Shown here: positions 34,413-47,598 of the stretch, piece after piece
How the letters are laid out: each line of letters begins with the position of its first letter
How positions within the stretch are numbered: the stretch's first letter is position 1
NCBI GenBank assembly: GCA_002269645.1
Contig: NIVC01001580.1
Coordinates: 201,765 to 265,764 of the forward strand
Direction of reading: 5' to 3'
DNA: 64,000 nucleotides
From: Macrostomum lignano
Lineage: Eukaryota
Notes under the pieces: model-generated
What the model saw: the letters and a program-made list of their open reading frames with translations, nothing else
What the model was told of the DNA's origin: nothing
Databases searched by the model: none
Made by a program: the position numbers and the translations under genes

Positions 34413-35965
34413 GGCTTGAGATGCAAGCGTAGGGCCTGAATGCAGTTAAGCTTTATTGCTTTGATTTGCACAATAGAATACTGCTGCTGTGTCTCGCAGA
34501 TTGAAAGCAGCCAAATCAGAAGCGAAATGTGGGCTGTGCGCTGCATCGGCTTATATAGAGCTCAATGCAGTTTTAGGGGTGCATGCCGTCCAATAGTGAA
34601 AGTCGCAATTGCGTGAGTCAGTCAAAGCCTCAGCTGGGTGCATCCGAACCCTCAGCCAAAGTCTAGCTGTTTAGTGCCGGTGCACTTGTGCTGCACCAGT
34701 TGAAGTTTCTGCGAACAGTAAAAATTTAAAGATCTGCGTGCGGCGCGTGACTGCTGACCGCAGCGGTTCCAGGCATTTTTAGAGATGGCTGTCAACCGGC
34801 GCATGCGTAACGTCGCATCGGCTTTTCTCAGACCTCGATCGGTTTCTGCGTCAGGCGTTCTACATCGTGTAAACAATAAAATGTCATAACGTTACTTGTT
34901 GGCTTTTCTATGTTTCTGCTTTCAGTGCATATATATCGCCTGCTGAACAATTAAAAGATATAAATTAATATAGATTATAAACTATAGAACAGACAGAAAA
35001 ATGCTGATAGAACAAATAGCACAGTACTGCTAGACTGAATAGAACAGACACTAGAATCTGCTATAGTTGGGATCAAGAGACGAAGGCGTCGTCATCTGTG
35101 GTTTCTTGCCACAAAAAGCAGTTTGCCACGGCTCTTCGGTGTGGCTGTGGCCATGAGTGCTTCTTTTCCTCGCATCAGCTCGTGGCTGCGAGTGCATGGC
35201 TTTGAAGCAGGCGAGCTGTTGCGACTCAGCTTGCTGTTTGTTGGCATCATGCGAGCAACTGCAGTGTGCTTGTGCGACAAATGTACAATCGGCTAACATG
35301 TAAATGTAACATGTATCCATTATTAGAAATGTGTTCAAGTCACTGGCATCTCTCTAGGCTTTTTATTAGTATCAGAAATGCTAAAATCTGCCCCCTACAG
35401 TTGCAAATTCATTCGCTTCTGGTACGACGTGATCGTGGATGGTTGGCGCGAAGACTGATATATTGCATGCATAGATTTCCCCCAGCAGGGCGAGTCGCTG
35501 CATGATAAGCTTAAATTTCTAACTAGTGCTCGTGGAGTTTTGTCTCCACATGATATGATTTGCGCTACGCACGGCCATCAGATGAAAGGACATGAGCTTG
35601 TGATCAGAGCGCCAGAATTGCACCCCCACGTCGCCGGTGTTACAATTAGCGGCTAAAAAGTATAACATTTGCTAATTATAAAAATATAACAAAGCGAAAT
35701 GCAAAAATAGTAAATTAAAATCTGAAACTTGTTTTCTTTAATTAGGGACGTAATTTTTTACTCTAGTGTTTTATTAAGGTATAAAAATAAGCAAAATTAC
35801 GTACTTATTCTGAGTCTTTCACCTTTTTAATCTGCTTACTTAACCTCATTTTTTTAGGTTTACCGTTTTGCGATCCCACTAAACATCAAATTGTTTACCC
35901 TGCTACCATAAATAAAACTATGCTACACCCCTGGACAACAGCAAAAATAGAGGTATAAAAACTAC

Positions 35966-38900
35966 ATGGAAGACAATAATTATTCAAATCAAGGCAATGC
36001 CGCGCAGCCCAATCAAACCGAGTTCTTGGCTTTGTATCAGCAACTCTGCTTTAAGAATGAAATTAAGCCGAACGACCACATTATTTTAGCAATTAAAAGG
36101 TACGACTGTTGAATAGAAAAACATTCAATACTGATCAAACAACCAATCATATTCTGCTTTGACCTGGTTTCAATCTAATACTATGGACAACAGAAAACTT
36201 TGTCCAAATAAATTTCATTGTATCAATAATTTATTCAAATTCCTTATTTTTAGCATAGTTTCATATTGTATCATGAGCACTTCTACTTCTATGTTTTAGA
36301 GTATTTGGAAAAAAGGCTTTCTCACAGTGAAACAGATTTTACTTCTTGACTTTATTGTCTTTTAAGGTTGGATGCATATTGAATGCAGTATGCTTATATA
36401 TGCTTTTTACAAGCTATGGCTTTATAATTATGTCATTATAAAAAATTATACATTAAAATATAATAATTCTGAAATAAACTTGAGAAAATACGAGAATATA
36501 CTTTGATGATACCAGCTACTGAAAGAAATGAATAAAATGATATAAATATGTTTAAATGTATTAAACAAAAATGAAAAATATATGCTCATATATATGGACA
36601 AACCATTTTAGTATGGTGGTTATAGTGTTTTATATAATAGAATATAAAGAATACACTGTATTATGTATAGTATAAAAAATAATACACGTGTAAGACATGT
36701 TGCACTATTATTATGTAAATTATAAGCCAAGTAAATACTAAAAAAACATTACAAACCTAACATCTAGAGCACCAGTGTCCACAAGCACAGAGGGCTTAGT
36801 CCTGAACCTCACCAATGTATCAGTGAGTGCAGAGTCGGCCGGAATATTGGCTGAATGTCTCAGCGTGGACTCCTGTTTTGATGAGGTCAGCTTTGCTGAC
36901 TGTCAGCTTTCTGAAGAAGGTGAGTCAACCAACTTTGTTCTGTTCTGCAGCCAGTTTTATTTGTCAGATTAGGTAGGTACGAGTATATGTATTCAAATCA
37001 ACCTACTCCCCAGAGAGATTCTGACACAATTCTTGTTCATCTTTGGGGCTTCATCAATAACATTCTCCATCCCCGACAGCCCTTCGAGCCATCATTGGCG
37101 GCCTGCGCACGAATGCGTTCTGCCGTCGGCTCGACCTCAAGGGCAACGGGATTCGCGGCAGGACAGTGGAACTGCTGGGCAGCTATTTGGAGCATAATGA
37201 GTCGCTGAAATGGTGAGCGGATGAGGATGTGCGTTATTGTCCAATGTAAAGACAGGTTTTGAGCAATTGCTCTAGCATTCGGTTTGACTGACCTGACATC
37301 CGTGTTTGACTATCCTGACATCCAGTTTGACTATCCTGACATCCAGTTTGACTATCCTGACATCCAGTTTGACTATCCTGACATCCAGTTTGACTATCCT
37401 GACATCCAGTTTGACTATCCTGACATCCAGTTTGACTATCCTGACATCCAGTTTGACTATCCTGACATCCAGTTTGACTATCCTGCCATCCCTGTTTGAC
37501 TATCCTGACATCCGTGTAATGACCATCTATAGTTAGTCACGTAAATGTTGATCGCTTGAAAGAAACTAAATAACATTCAAAGATTTTGCATTATCCTTTT
37601 TGAATTCGCACCAAACAAATGTACTTTTAAATGCTTGCCCGCAGCCTGATCCTCGAGTGGAACCAGCTCGGCATGCTCGAGAAATCCTTCAGCGCGTTTT
37701 GCGACGGCCTGGCAAAAAATTCCGGCTTGGAAATTTTGGATTTGCGAAACAACCAGCTGAACCACGAGTGCGCCTCTGACCTCGCCAAGGTCGTTCGATG
37801 TAACTCCAGTCTCACTGTTATCGGTGAGTCAGTCAGGTTGAGTCAGTCAGTCAGGTTGAGTCAGTCAGGTTGAGTCAGTCAAGTTGAGTCAGTCAGGTTG
37901 AGTCAGTCAGGTTGAGTCAGTCAGGTTGAGTCAGTCAGGTTGAGTCAGTCAGGTTGAGTCAGTCAGGTTGAGTCAGTCAGGTTGAGTCAGTCAGGTTGAG
38001 TCAGTCAGGTTGAGTCAGTCAGGTTGAGTCAGTCAGGTTGAGTCAGTCAGGTTGAGTCAGTCAGGTTGAGTCAGTCAGGTTGAGTCAGTCAGGTTGAGTC
38101 AGTCAGGTTGAGTCAGTTAGGTTGAGTCAGTTAGGTTGAGTCAGTCAGTCAGTCAGTCAGTCAGGTTGAGTCAGTCAGGTTGAGTCAGTCAGTCAGTCAG
38201 GTTGAGTCAGTCAGGTTGAGTCAGTCAGGTTGAGTCAGTCAGTCAGTCAGTCAGGTTGAGTCAGTCAGGTTAAGTCAGTCAGTCAGTCAGGTTGAGTCAG
38301 TCAGGCTCATCCCGCGAACCTCCCAGACCTTCGCTGGAATACAGTGGGACTCCTCGGCGCCCGCGAGCTGCTGAGCGGCATGTCGAAGAATCGAACCCTG
38401 ACCCGCCTGGACCTGACGGGCAACAACGTGCCGCAGGACCTGACCAGAGCCATCGAAATTGCCGCCGGGCACAACGAGGAGGTCGCCAGGTCGTCGTCAG
38501 GCCTCGCGCAGCGCTCAATGATGCTGTCCGAGCAGCTGAACGCCAGAGATCGGGAGCAGAAGCGCGAGGTGATTTGCCTCTTGGTTGCTATAGTAACTAA
38601 AATCTCAGTCGCCTTGTTACACATAAAGCTTTAACAAATGAATCAAATGGGAGACATAGCAACAGGATAATACCCTTGGATACGAGTCCCATAGCAAAGG
38701 TTTTATAGATTTCTTAGATACGTGTTGCATAGCAACGGTTTGTGATGCCTTGGATACGCGTCGCATAGCAACAGTTTTATAGATTTCTTTGATACGAGTT
38801 GCATAGCAACGGTTTTTGATCCCTTGGATACGAGTCGCATAGCAACGGTTTATGATTTCTTGGATACGAGTTGCATAGCAACGGTTTTATAGATTCCTTG

Positions 38901-40476
38901 GATACGTGTCGCATAGCAACTGTTTGTGATTCCTTGGATACGAGTTGCATAGCAACGGTTTTAGAGATTCCTTGGATACGAGTCGCATAGCAACGGTTTT
39001 ATAGATGCCTTGGATACGAGTCGCATAGCAACGGTTTATGATTCCTTGGATACGAGTCGCATAGCAACGGTTTTTGATTCCTTGGATACGAGTTGCAACG
39101 GGGACCAACTAATTGAATAAAAGTCAAGAATCAAAAGTTCATGCCAGTGTCCATTATCTCATCTATTGCCAACAGGTGTCAAAACTGCTGACTCGACTCG
39201 ACAACACGGAGAGCTCGATGCGCCAGCAGTCGCACCGAAGCCACCAGCGAATCCAGCAGCTGCAGAGCCTTCTGGATGAGAAGAAGTTCCTGTTCAACCA
39301 GCAGCAGGCAAAGTGAGACTTTGGATATGAGTTTGATGAATAAGTCCGAAACTGAGAACTCACTTGCCCAATAAAAGTTAACCTGAATGCTTTTTGTATA
39401 CATAGATTGAATATCGGGATTTAGTACCAGGGGGCTTTAACACCAGGGGCTTTAGCACCAGGGAATTTAGCACCAGGGGTTTTAGCACCATGGGGTTTTA
39501 GCACCAGGGGTTTTAGCACCATGGGGTTTTAGCACCATGGGGTTTTAGCACCAGGGGTTTTAGCACCAGGGGTTTTAGCACCAGGGGTTTTAGCACCATG
39601 GGGTTTTAGCACCATGGGGTTTTAGCACCAGGGGTTTTAGCACAATGGGGTTTTAGCACCAGGGGTTTTAGCACCATGGGGTTTTAGCACCAGGGGTTTT
39701 AGCACCATGGGGTTTTAGCACCAGGGGTTTTAGCACCATGGGGTTTTAGAACCATGGGGTTTTAGCACCAGGGGTTTTAGCACCATGGAGTTTTAGCACC
39801 AGGGGTTTTAGCACCATGGGGTTTTAGCACCAGGGGTTTTAGCACCAGGAGCTTTAGCACCATGGGGTTTTAGCACCAGGGGCGCCAGCGGCGGTGGTTT
39901 CAAAGCAAAAAAAGTTGTTGGGAGCTACTAAAATTAGAAGCAAAAGTGCCAAACCTGCTGTACAGTGTTGCCATAATGTGGGCAGCCTTGCCCCCCCCGG
40001 TCACGCCCCTGACACAGCCGAACCCTCAACTGTCCGCCCAGGCTGTCCCTTGCCGAGTCGCAGCTGGCAGTGGTGGAGACAAAGTACACGGAGCTGCAGA
40101 AGAGCCTGCAGCAGATGCTGCTGGACAAGGAGGAGCTGATCCGCTCGCACGCACTGGAGATGCAGCGCCAGCGCGAAGATCGGCAGCAGCAGGAGGCCGG
40201 GCTGCGCAAGGAGTTTGACAACCTGACGGTGAAGTGCGCCCAGCTGGAGGCCCAGGTGGCGGACAGTGAGCAGCGGGCTGAGCAGTTGAAGGCGGCCAAC
40301 TTGGAGCTGCGTGAGGAAGTGGCCGCCGTGCAAGCGGAGAAGCGCCTGCGACAGGCGGAGCTGGACGAGCGTCTGCAGACGGAGCGGCAGCAGTGCAGGG
40401 ACCAGCTGCTGGAGATGGAGAGCGCGCGGGATCGGGAGGTGAGCTACTGCTACTACTACTACTACTACTACTACTG

Positions 40477-40556
<80 letters not shown>

Positions 40557-41240
40557 GCTACTACCACTACTACTACTACTAATCCCTAAAACCCACAGCT
40601 CAACCAGCTGCGTGCGGAGTTCGAATCCTCGGACAGAGCCCATCGAGACCGACAGGCGCGCGCTGACCGGGAACGCGCCGATTTGGAATCGGAGACGGCG
40701 CGACTCCGGGCGCAGCTGCAGTCGGAGAAGCTGGCAGCCGAAGAGGCTCAGGCGGGGCTGCGGGCGCGGCTCAGGGCCGAGGAGGAGCAGCGAGTGGCGG
40801 CGCTGGAGGAGCGAGCGCGGCTGCTGCAGTCGGGCAAGGAGGAGGCGGCCGGGCGGGCGGCGGCCCTGGCGGCTCAGCTGGCGGAGCAGCAGCGGGCGCA
40901 GGCGGCCCAGCAGGCAGAGGTGGAAGCCGGCAAGAGGCGTCTGGAGGATGCGGCAACGCAGCTGGCAGCGGCGAGGGCCGAGGGCCACGCTGAGGCGGCC
41001 CGGGTACGGCTGGAGATGCAGGTGAGTCACTGCGGGGCTGTCTTGTTTGCTGATTGATAACTAGGGAAACTATATACAATAGCTCGTACTATAGCCCGCG
41101 GCCACGGGTAGATGTTGGGTTTAAAATTATTTGAGTTGAAAGTAGAGAGCAGTCAAATGCCGTGAGCTCGTGAGTATCCCACATACTCACAAAGCCCTAA
41201 TAAACTGTACGTATTACATGTATTTTGAAGCTTCTGTGGC

Positions 41241-41274
<34 letters not shown>

Positions 41275-41284
41275 CTAGTAGTAC

Positions 41285-41319
<35 letters not shown>

Positions 41320-42183
41320 ATAGTAGTTGTAGTTGTAGTAGTAGCAGTATTAGTAGTAGTGGTAGTAGTAGTAGTAGTAGTAGTTGTAGTTGTAGTAGTA
41401 GTAGTATTAGCTGCAACTACTTTTTGTTATAATAGCTCGACCGTATACAGTGTACAGTACAGTATACAGCCAAGTCATTGTAAGCCATAGAAATGTTTGT
41501 AATGGCAGAGATAGTCTATGGCCAGCCCTGCTTAAGCCTCATTTTCAAGCTTCGATTTGAAGAGTCTAAAGATCGTTATTGAACCGATTCTATTAGAATA
41601 GCTTTATACGAGAGTAACCTTGCTTTCGAGTGATCAATGAGAATCAGTCTTTTTAAAAATATAATTGAACTCGTTAATGATTATAATTTATAGAATCGAG
41701 GCTGTGGGCACAAAGTGGCTCAACGCCTTTAGCGACATCACTTTATTATCAAAACTTTGCTATCAGATATCTGTGAACAAAAATGATCTATGGAAGTCGA
41801 TGCTTTGAGGTTTGAAATTGCCATGCTTCAATTCAAGGCGTGCGGTGTAAACAAGCACTTTAAAAAAAACAACAAACAACTGAAACACACAAAACCACCA
41901 GGAGCGGCTGAACTCGCTCGAGGCTGAGCGCCGCAGTCAGAAAGAGCTGCACGAAGAGATTGCCAGCTTGAAGTCGGAGCTGCAGCGCTGTCGTGACGAG
42001 TCTCGCGAACAGCTGGCTGCCAAGGACACGCAGCTGGCGGTGCTGCAGGAGCGGCTGAACGCCAGGGGCGAGGAGCTGCGTCGATGGCGCGAGGACGAAG
42101 AGGCGCGGGCAGCAGCGCTGCAGACAGCCGTCATGCAGTTCTGCAGGAGGGGCGGCAGCGCCAAGGCTGCCAACAGCGAGTAA
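35966..42183 (+). CDS. LRRC45: Leucine-rich repeat-containing protein 45 orthologue, 9 exons (35966-36099, 36768-36919, 37080-37212, 37645-37823, 38327-38568, 39176-39312, 40042-40438, 40599-41021, 41902-42183)
   Basis: All introns GT-AG and phase-compatible; DCQLSEE, LDLKGN, LILEWNQLG...AFCDGLAKNSGLEILDLRNNQL, DLRWN.VGLLGARELL...NRTL.RLDL.GNN.P match LRRC45, followed by a long coiled coil. Confidence 0.88.
37290..37512. repeat. 21-bp tandem repeat (LRRC45 intron 3)
   Basis: GACTATCCTGACATCCAGTTT x about 10. Confidence 0.95.
37826..38305. repeat. 14-bp tandem repeat (LRRC45 intron 4)
   Basis: GAGTCAGTCAGGTT array starting at the splice donor. Confidence 0.95.
38660..39098. repeat. Degenerate about 43-bp tandem repeat (LRRC45 intron 5)
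   Basis: Recurring TTGGATACGAGT(C/T)GCATAGCAACGGTTT core. Confidence 0.9.
39421..39882. repeat. 15/16-bp tandem repeat (LRRC45 intron 6)
   Basis: ACCA(T)GGGGTTTTAGC array. Confidence 0.95.
40444..40581. repeat. (CTA)n microsatellite (intron 7)
   Basis: Direct reading. Confidence 0.97.
41241..41408. repeat. (TAG)n microsatellite (intron 8)
   Basis: Direct reading. Confidence 0.97.
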
Positions 42184-42393
42184 AACAAAAATGTATACAA
42201 TGTTAACCTTCCGCTGCCACTCCAGCAATGTTTGGAGAACTTGAACGGAGCAATGAAGGCATTCTACGCTGGTAGCGCAGTGGACAAGTTTAAAATAAGT
42301 CATTTTTTACCAATTTTGTAATTTTTAATTAGTTAGTAAGATAGTTAGCAAGATAGTTACTTTGTTTGTTTGTTTGTTTGTTAGTCAGTCAGC

Positions 42394-42506
<113 letters not shown>

Positions 42507-43760
42507 CGTTATACGAGTAGTTAGAGAATGCAGAAACACTCACACAGGGTGCACCGCGACCTTGACTTTCATATTGTCAAGCTATTGTATACTCTCTGTG
42601 ATACATGTATTAGGGTTGGCAAACATGTACGTAAATCGCACAAGTCGCAACCAAAAATTTCCAGCTATACGCCGACAACTGTTCAATTTCACGTGCCATT
42701 CTGTGGATCTCCATTTGAGAGCATGTGAAATAGCTGCGTTAGTCTATAGTAATCTGCAGATCACCTAACCTAGATTTAGCCAGTTTCTGCTGTCTTTTTT
42801 TCAATACAGGTACATGTATTTTTATTCATCAACGTTATTATAGCTAATTTCAATTTTTGAGGGCCAGGAGCTCGAAAAAAAACTTGCTTATTTACTTTTA
42901 CATGTAGAATGTGAGCGTCGCCTACTGCTGAGCAGCGGGCACCATTTATTTTAAATCATTCAGCGATTGGATGCACTTTAGACATGTACATGTACATCTG
43001 TTTAGGATTTATAATTTCTTTATTGATTCTCATCCTGAGTCGACTAGAATCACTTGTTTGTTATCGTTGTTTTAACAATTCAAAGTATTTGCCACAAGTG
43101 TTTTTTTGCAAATAAACGTCAGTCGTATTCTCACTAAATTTATGCTGACTTAATATGAGTTTTTGTTCGAATATATTCTTTTTTGTAATGAAACCAATTC
43201 ATTGAACGGAATTTAGCGGAAAAAATCCTTATTCAGCAAAAAATCTATCTACATTAAAAAACTAACTTGTCTTAATGATGAAAACTGCTAACTATATTTT
43301 ATTTCAAAAGTACATAGCGAGATTAAGAGTATTAGAAAAATCTATAGATAGTGTTAAAGACTACGTACTGTACATGAGAACTTATTTAAGATAAAAGGCA
43401 CTCACGCGTATAAAAATAATGTAAAATGTAACTAACTTCTAAGTAATTAAGCACGCAACTACATGCAAAACGCGCATCTAGAAAATATAAAGAATATGGG
43501 AAAATGCTAAAGAAAAGCTACGAGAACCAACATCTTGAGAAGCAGATAATTTTTTGTAGAATTTGGAACACGCCAACAAATAGCTACTCAAACAGTTATG
43601 GAATTACATCCATATACCAAAAATGATTTGTTTGTATGCTATTGAAAATTGTAACAAAAGCTACTAAAAACGCATCTGGGAAATAGATAACATTATATAA
43701 AGAATAGCTACTGGAGCATTCTAACAAAGAGCTATTAAAACACGAATCTAGAAAAATTCA

Positions 43761-44158
43761 ACGTATGAAACATTCACCGACACTTATTCAGACACTTCTA
43801 CAGACACTTTAGTTTCTGTCATACTAATTGTAGAAACAAGCATTAAATTTGTTTATTCCTAACAAACTATCAGTAAAATGCTTTATTTTAAGCTTTTTTG
43901 CTTTATTTTATTAAATATGAATCATGAAATTTGTTATTCTGCATAGATTCTCTTCACGTGAAGAAGAATGTTAAATTTGTCCAGGACACTTCCTAATTCA
44001 TATTTAATAAAATAAAGCAAAAAATGCTTAAAATAAAGCATTTTACTGATAGTTTGTTAGGAATAAACAAATTGATTGCTTGTTCCTACAATTCGTATGA
44101 CAGAAACTAAAGTGTCTGTAGAAGTGTCTGAATAAGTGTCGGTGAATGTTTCATACGT
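43761..44158. repeat. Foldback/MITE-like inverted repeat (about 160-bp arms, about 75-bp spacer)
   Basis: ACGTATGAAACATTCACCGACACTTATTCAGACAC... mirrored by ...GTGTCTGAATAAGTGTCGGTGAATGTTTCATACGT; no clear TSD. Confidence 0.85.
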
Positions 44159-44840
44159 AATATACAATACTAAATTAAACGTAAAAACACGCTAGCTAAA
44201 TAAACAGCTACAAACACGCTTCAAGAAATATGATAATGTATAATATAATATGGAAGCATTATTACTAAAGATTAGCTAAAATTTGAACCTCTGCGATATA
44301 TTACTGTAGATAGAAGGTACGGCAAACTCTGCTTCAACGTAAATCTTAGAAAAATTCACTAAAGGAATGCGGCCCACAACATTATTTAGCTCGTAATCAC
44401 TAAAGCCGCGTTTTCCGTATTTTCTATTTTATGGTATGGTAATACTTATAGCCCTAAAACATTCTTAAGAAAATTTGTCCTACATTAAAACTTTCCTTAA
44501 TGGGGACTTGAGTCCTTAAGAGTCAAAGATCTTATTGATAAAGTTAATTATTGATAAAATAGACAATTGTGCTAATTCAGATCTTTTCTACTTTTAAGCA
44601 GCATCTTATTCAGTCTCAGTCACCATAAGGTGCTTTTGACTCTCAAAAATATAACATTATCAAAACAAATAAATCTTTTGCTGCAGCAAATAACCAAAAT
44701 TTGTACAGATTCGTTTTAATTAGCTCGTAAAGTTTCTATAGGAACGATAAAATAAAAATCGAGTTAAAATATGTCAGTCAAAATTTACTGTGCACTCATT
44801 CGTCTATCACCTGCAGTAGCTCTTCTTGCAGCCTTGTCCA

Positions 44841-46400
44841 TCAACTCTTTGAAATTAGTTGAACCAACTGGTCAACTTTACTCTCCAAGCTGTTCATCCT
44901 GTCCAGCATTGCCGAGCGCAAACTATCGTTCATCCCTTCCAGCTTCTCTTCCTGCTTGTCCATAGTTTCTCCCAGCTTGTCGCGCATTTGAGCGAGGGAG
45001 TTGCGTGTGAAGGCCTTCAGAGCATCAAAGTCCGGCTGGTTCTCTTCCAGCTGTTGCAGAAAATCGGCTCGGTTTCTGCTGAAGCAGCTGGCTTGGATCC
45101 TCAGGAATTTCAGATAATCTTCTGGATATGAACTGCCATCCGACTTCCACCACTCCTGAAGTTTAGGAAAGCACGTTTTAAAAAAATTGGAACGCTCTAG
45201 GTTTTCTAGTCGTCCTCTGGGGTTCTGCTTTACCGTAGTATTTTGAGTGAAGGTTTTTCAGGTGGTTTCGATAACATGGCCTCTAATACGGTTTAAAATG
45301 GCCTACATCCACGGTAATTCGTTCAGAATTTCGAATGCGAAAGTTTCGAGCAGCGACCAAAGTATAATGCATTCGGAATAGCTACATTTAAATTTAAATC
45401 TTATATCATTCTTCCTTCACTTCCCACCTCTGTAATCCCAAGCTTATCTACTGTACAAAGCCATGGGCAGCTACTTGTTCTCAAAACCTAATATAATTCG
45501 TCCATATTGTGGTCCACAAATTGACGAGAAGTACAGTGGTAGGGGGAGTTAAACTTTAAAATATTAAAAGTACTAAAATATAGTACTTGCAACGTACGAG
45601 CTATGTAGTAGTGGATCAATTGTGATCAAAGGGTCAACTGACCGCGGGAAAAATAGTCCAGTAAAAACGGTCACCTGTTGCTCTGAAATACGCTCGTAGC
45701 ACTGACGAAACTCTATAGCCTGTCATGACATGAAACTCCAATTCACCCCTTAAAGAATGAAACAGTCGACCACCTAAAAAACCCTGGATCCGTTTCTGAA
45801 TATGAAAAAAATAGGATGCAAAATCTCGCTCACTCACCTTCTCTTGACTTTTAGCTTTCTGCCGTTCCTTACACTTACGAGTATTCACCTCCCTGGAGAA
45901 GGCTAAAATGTAGTAAATAAATGAAAATGGCGGAGGGACAGGACTGGCATGCTGAAACTCCTGCATCAGGTGAAAGTACTTTCGCCTCCAGATGCAGCGG
46001 GCCCTGCTGACCATTGTGCTCACGCGGAGGCTGAACAGAGCGATCAATAGGTTCACCATCACTATGTTGACGACAATCAGGAAGACAAATACGAAGAAAT
46101 TTTTGAAGGCACTGACGCCGGTCTTGTTGCCAACGGATCCGATTTCTTGGTCCGTTCCGCCGCCAGATTCCGTGTAGTCTGGAGGATTATCCAGGAACAG
46201 GGTGAACGGCAGGGTGAATACCTGCAGGAACACGCTGGTGGCGTAGCCTTCTGACTCCCGCTCGGATGCGGTAGCGGTTACAGTTGAGAAGAGCAGATTG
46301 AAGAAGAAGACGCTGGAGGAGTAGAATATCACAATGGTGATAGCGGCGAAAGGCAAAAGGTCCTTTAGAAGCAGGCTGCGCATCATCGAGATCACTGGTC
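44841..46400 (-). pseudogene. 3' part of a TRPM-like cation channel gene (S5-pore-S6-TRP box exon 46400..45838; coiled-coil last exon 45155..44841), interrupted by Polinton copy 2
   Basis: PVISMMRSLLLKDLLPF, VVNIVMVNLLIALFS...IWRRKYFHLMQEF...PVPPPF match the TRPM S4-S5 linker, S6 and TRP helix; phase-0 GT-AG intron; C-terminal heptads. Confidence 0.8.
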
Positions 46401-47140
46401 AGTAGTAGGGCGAATTATGATACTGCCGCACTAGCACTGGCGAGATAGGCGGCAATGCAAATGTACAGGGAAAAATACACTGCGGAGATATGAGCCCTAT
46501 CTCTGTGCATTGGGGACGGCTAAGCACTGCAGAGATATGAGCTCTATCTCTGTGCATTGGGGACGGCTAAGCACTGCAGAGATATGAGCTCTATCTCTGT
46601 GCATTGGGGACGGCTAAGCACTGCAGAGATATGAGCTCTATCTCTGTGCATTGGGGACGGCTAAGCACTGCAGAGATATGAGCTCTATCTCTGTGCATTG
46701 GGGACGGCTAAGCACTGCAGAGATATGAGCTCTATCTCTGTGCATTGGGACGGCTAAGCACTGCAGAGATATGAGCTCTATCTCTGTGCATTGGGGACGG
46801 CTAAGCACTGCAGAGATATGAGCTCTATCTCTGTGCATTGGGGACGGCTAAGCACTGCAGAGATATGAGCTCTATCTCTGTGCATTGGGGACGGCTAAGC
46901 ACTGCAGAGATATGAGCTCTATCTCTGTGCATTGGGGACGGCTAAGCACTGCAGAGATATGAGCTCTATCTCTGTGCATTGGGGACGGCTAAGCACTGCA
47001 GAGATATGAGCTCTATCTCTGTGCATTGGGGACGGCTAAGCACTGCAGAGATATGAGCTCTATCTCTGTGCATTGGGGACGGCTAAGCACTGCAGAGATA
47101 TGAGCTCTATCTCTGTGCATTGGGGACGGCTAAGCACTGC
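46401..47140. repeat. Left terminal inverted repeat with 14 copies of the 47-bp repeat
   Basis: Reverse complement of 18613..18952; units at about 46484, 46531 ... 47094. Confidence 0.93.
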
Positions 47141-47489
47141 GGAGATAGAGGCGATTCATGATACTGCCGCACTAGCACTGGCGAGATAGGCGGCAAAAAG
47201 GATATAGGAAAAATACACTGCGGAGAGGATCCTATCTCTGTGCATTGGGAACGGCTAAACATTGCAGAGATAAGAGGGGTGGCCAATCTCTGTGCTCTGT
47301 GTTAGGGTAAGGTTATAAAGTTTTACAACTGCACAGAGGACGGCTGGTGTTGCTTACCTGGATAAGGGGACGGGGGGAATACACTAATTACAGCCGGTGG
47401 CCTCTATAACGGTAAAGTAATTATTACCTGAGCATGGCTGGATGTTCATATACGATATGATAAGGAGAGGGCATGCATGTACAAATTAC

Positions 47490-47497
47490 TATATAAG
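47490..47497 (+). promoter_or_regulatory. TATA box (TATATAAG) upstream of the left-end ORF
   Basis: About 100 bp upstream of ATG 47599. Confidence 0.5.
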
Positions 47498-47598
47498 CAG
47501 CCACGCAAGTACAAATAAACAAATAGACAAAAACAAATTGTATAAAAGGATTTTTAAAAACCTTACTACTTCTAAAAAACAACTCTTTCTCTTTCAAA

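Noticed and set aside
40001-41490. Poly-Val/Ser/Tyr/Leu ORFs overlapping LRRC45
   Set aside because: Artefacts of intronic (CTA)n/(TAG)n repeats and antisense frames of GC-rich exons.
46481-47140. Regular 47-bp palindromic repeats resembling a CRISPR array (also 18613..18870)
   Set aside because: No unique spacers, no cas genes, eukaryotic context; they are part of the Polinton TIR.
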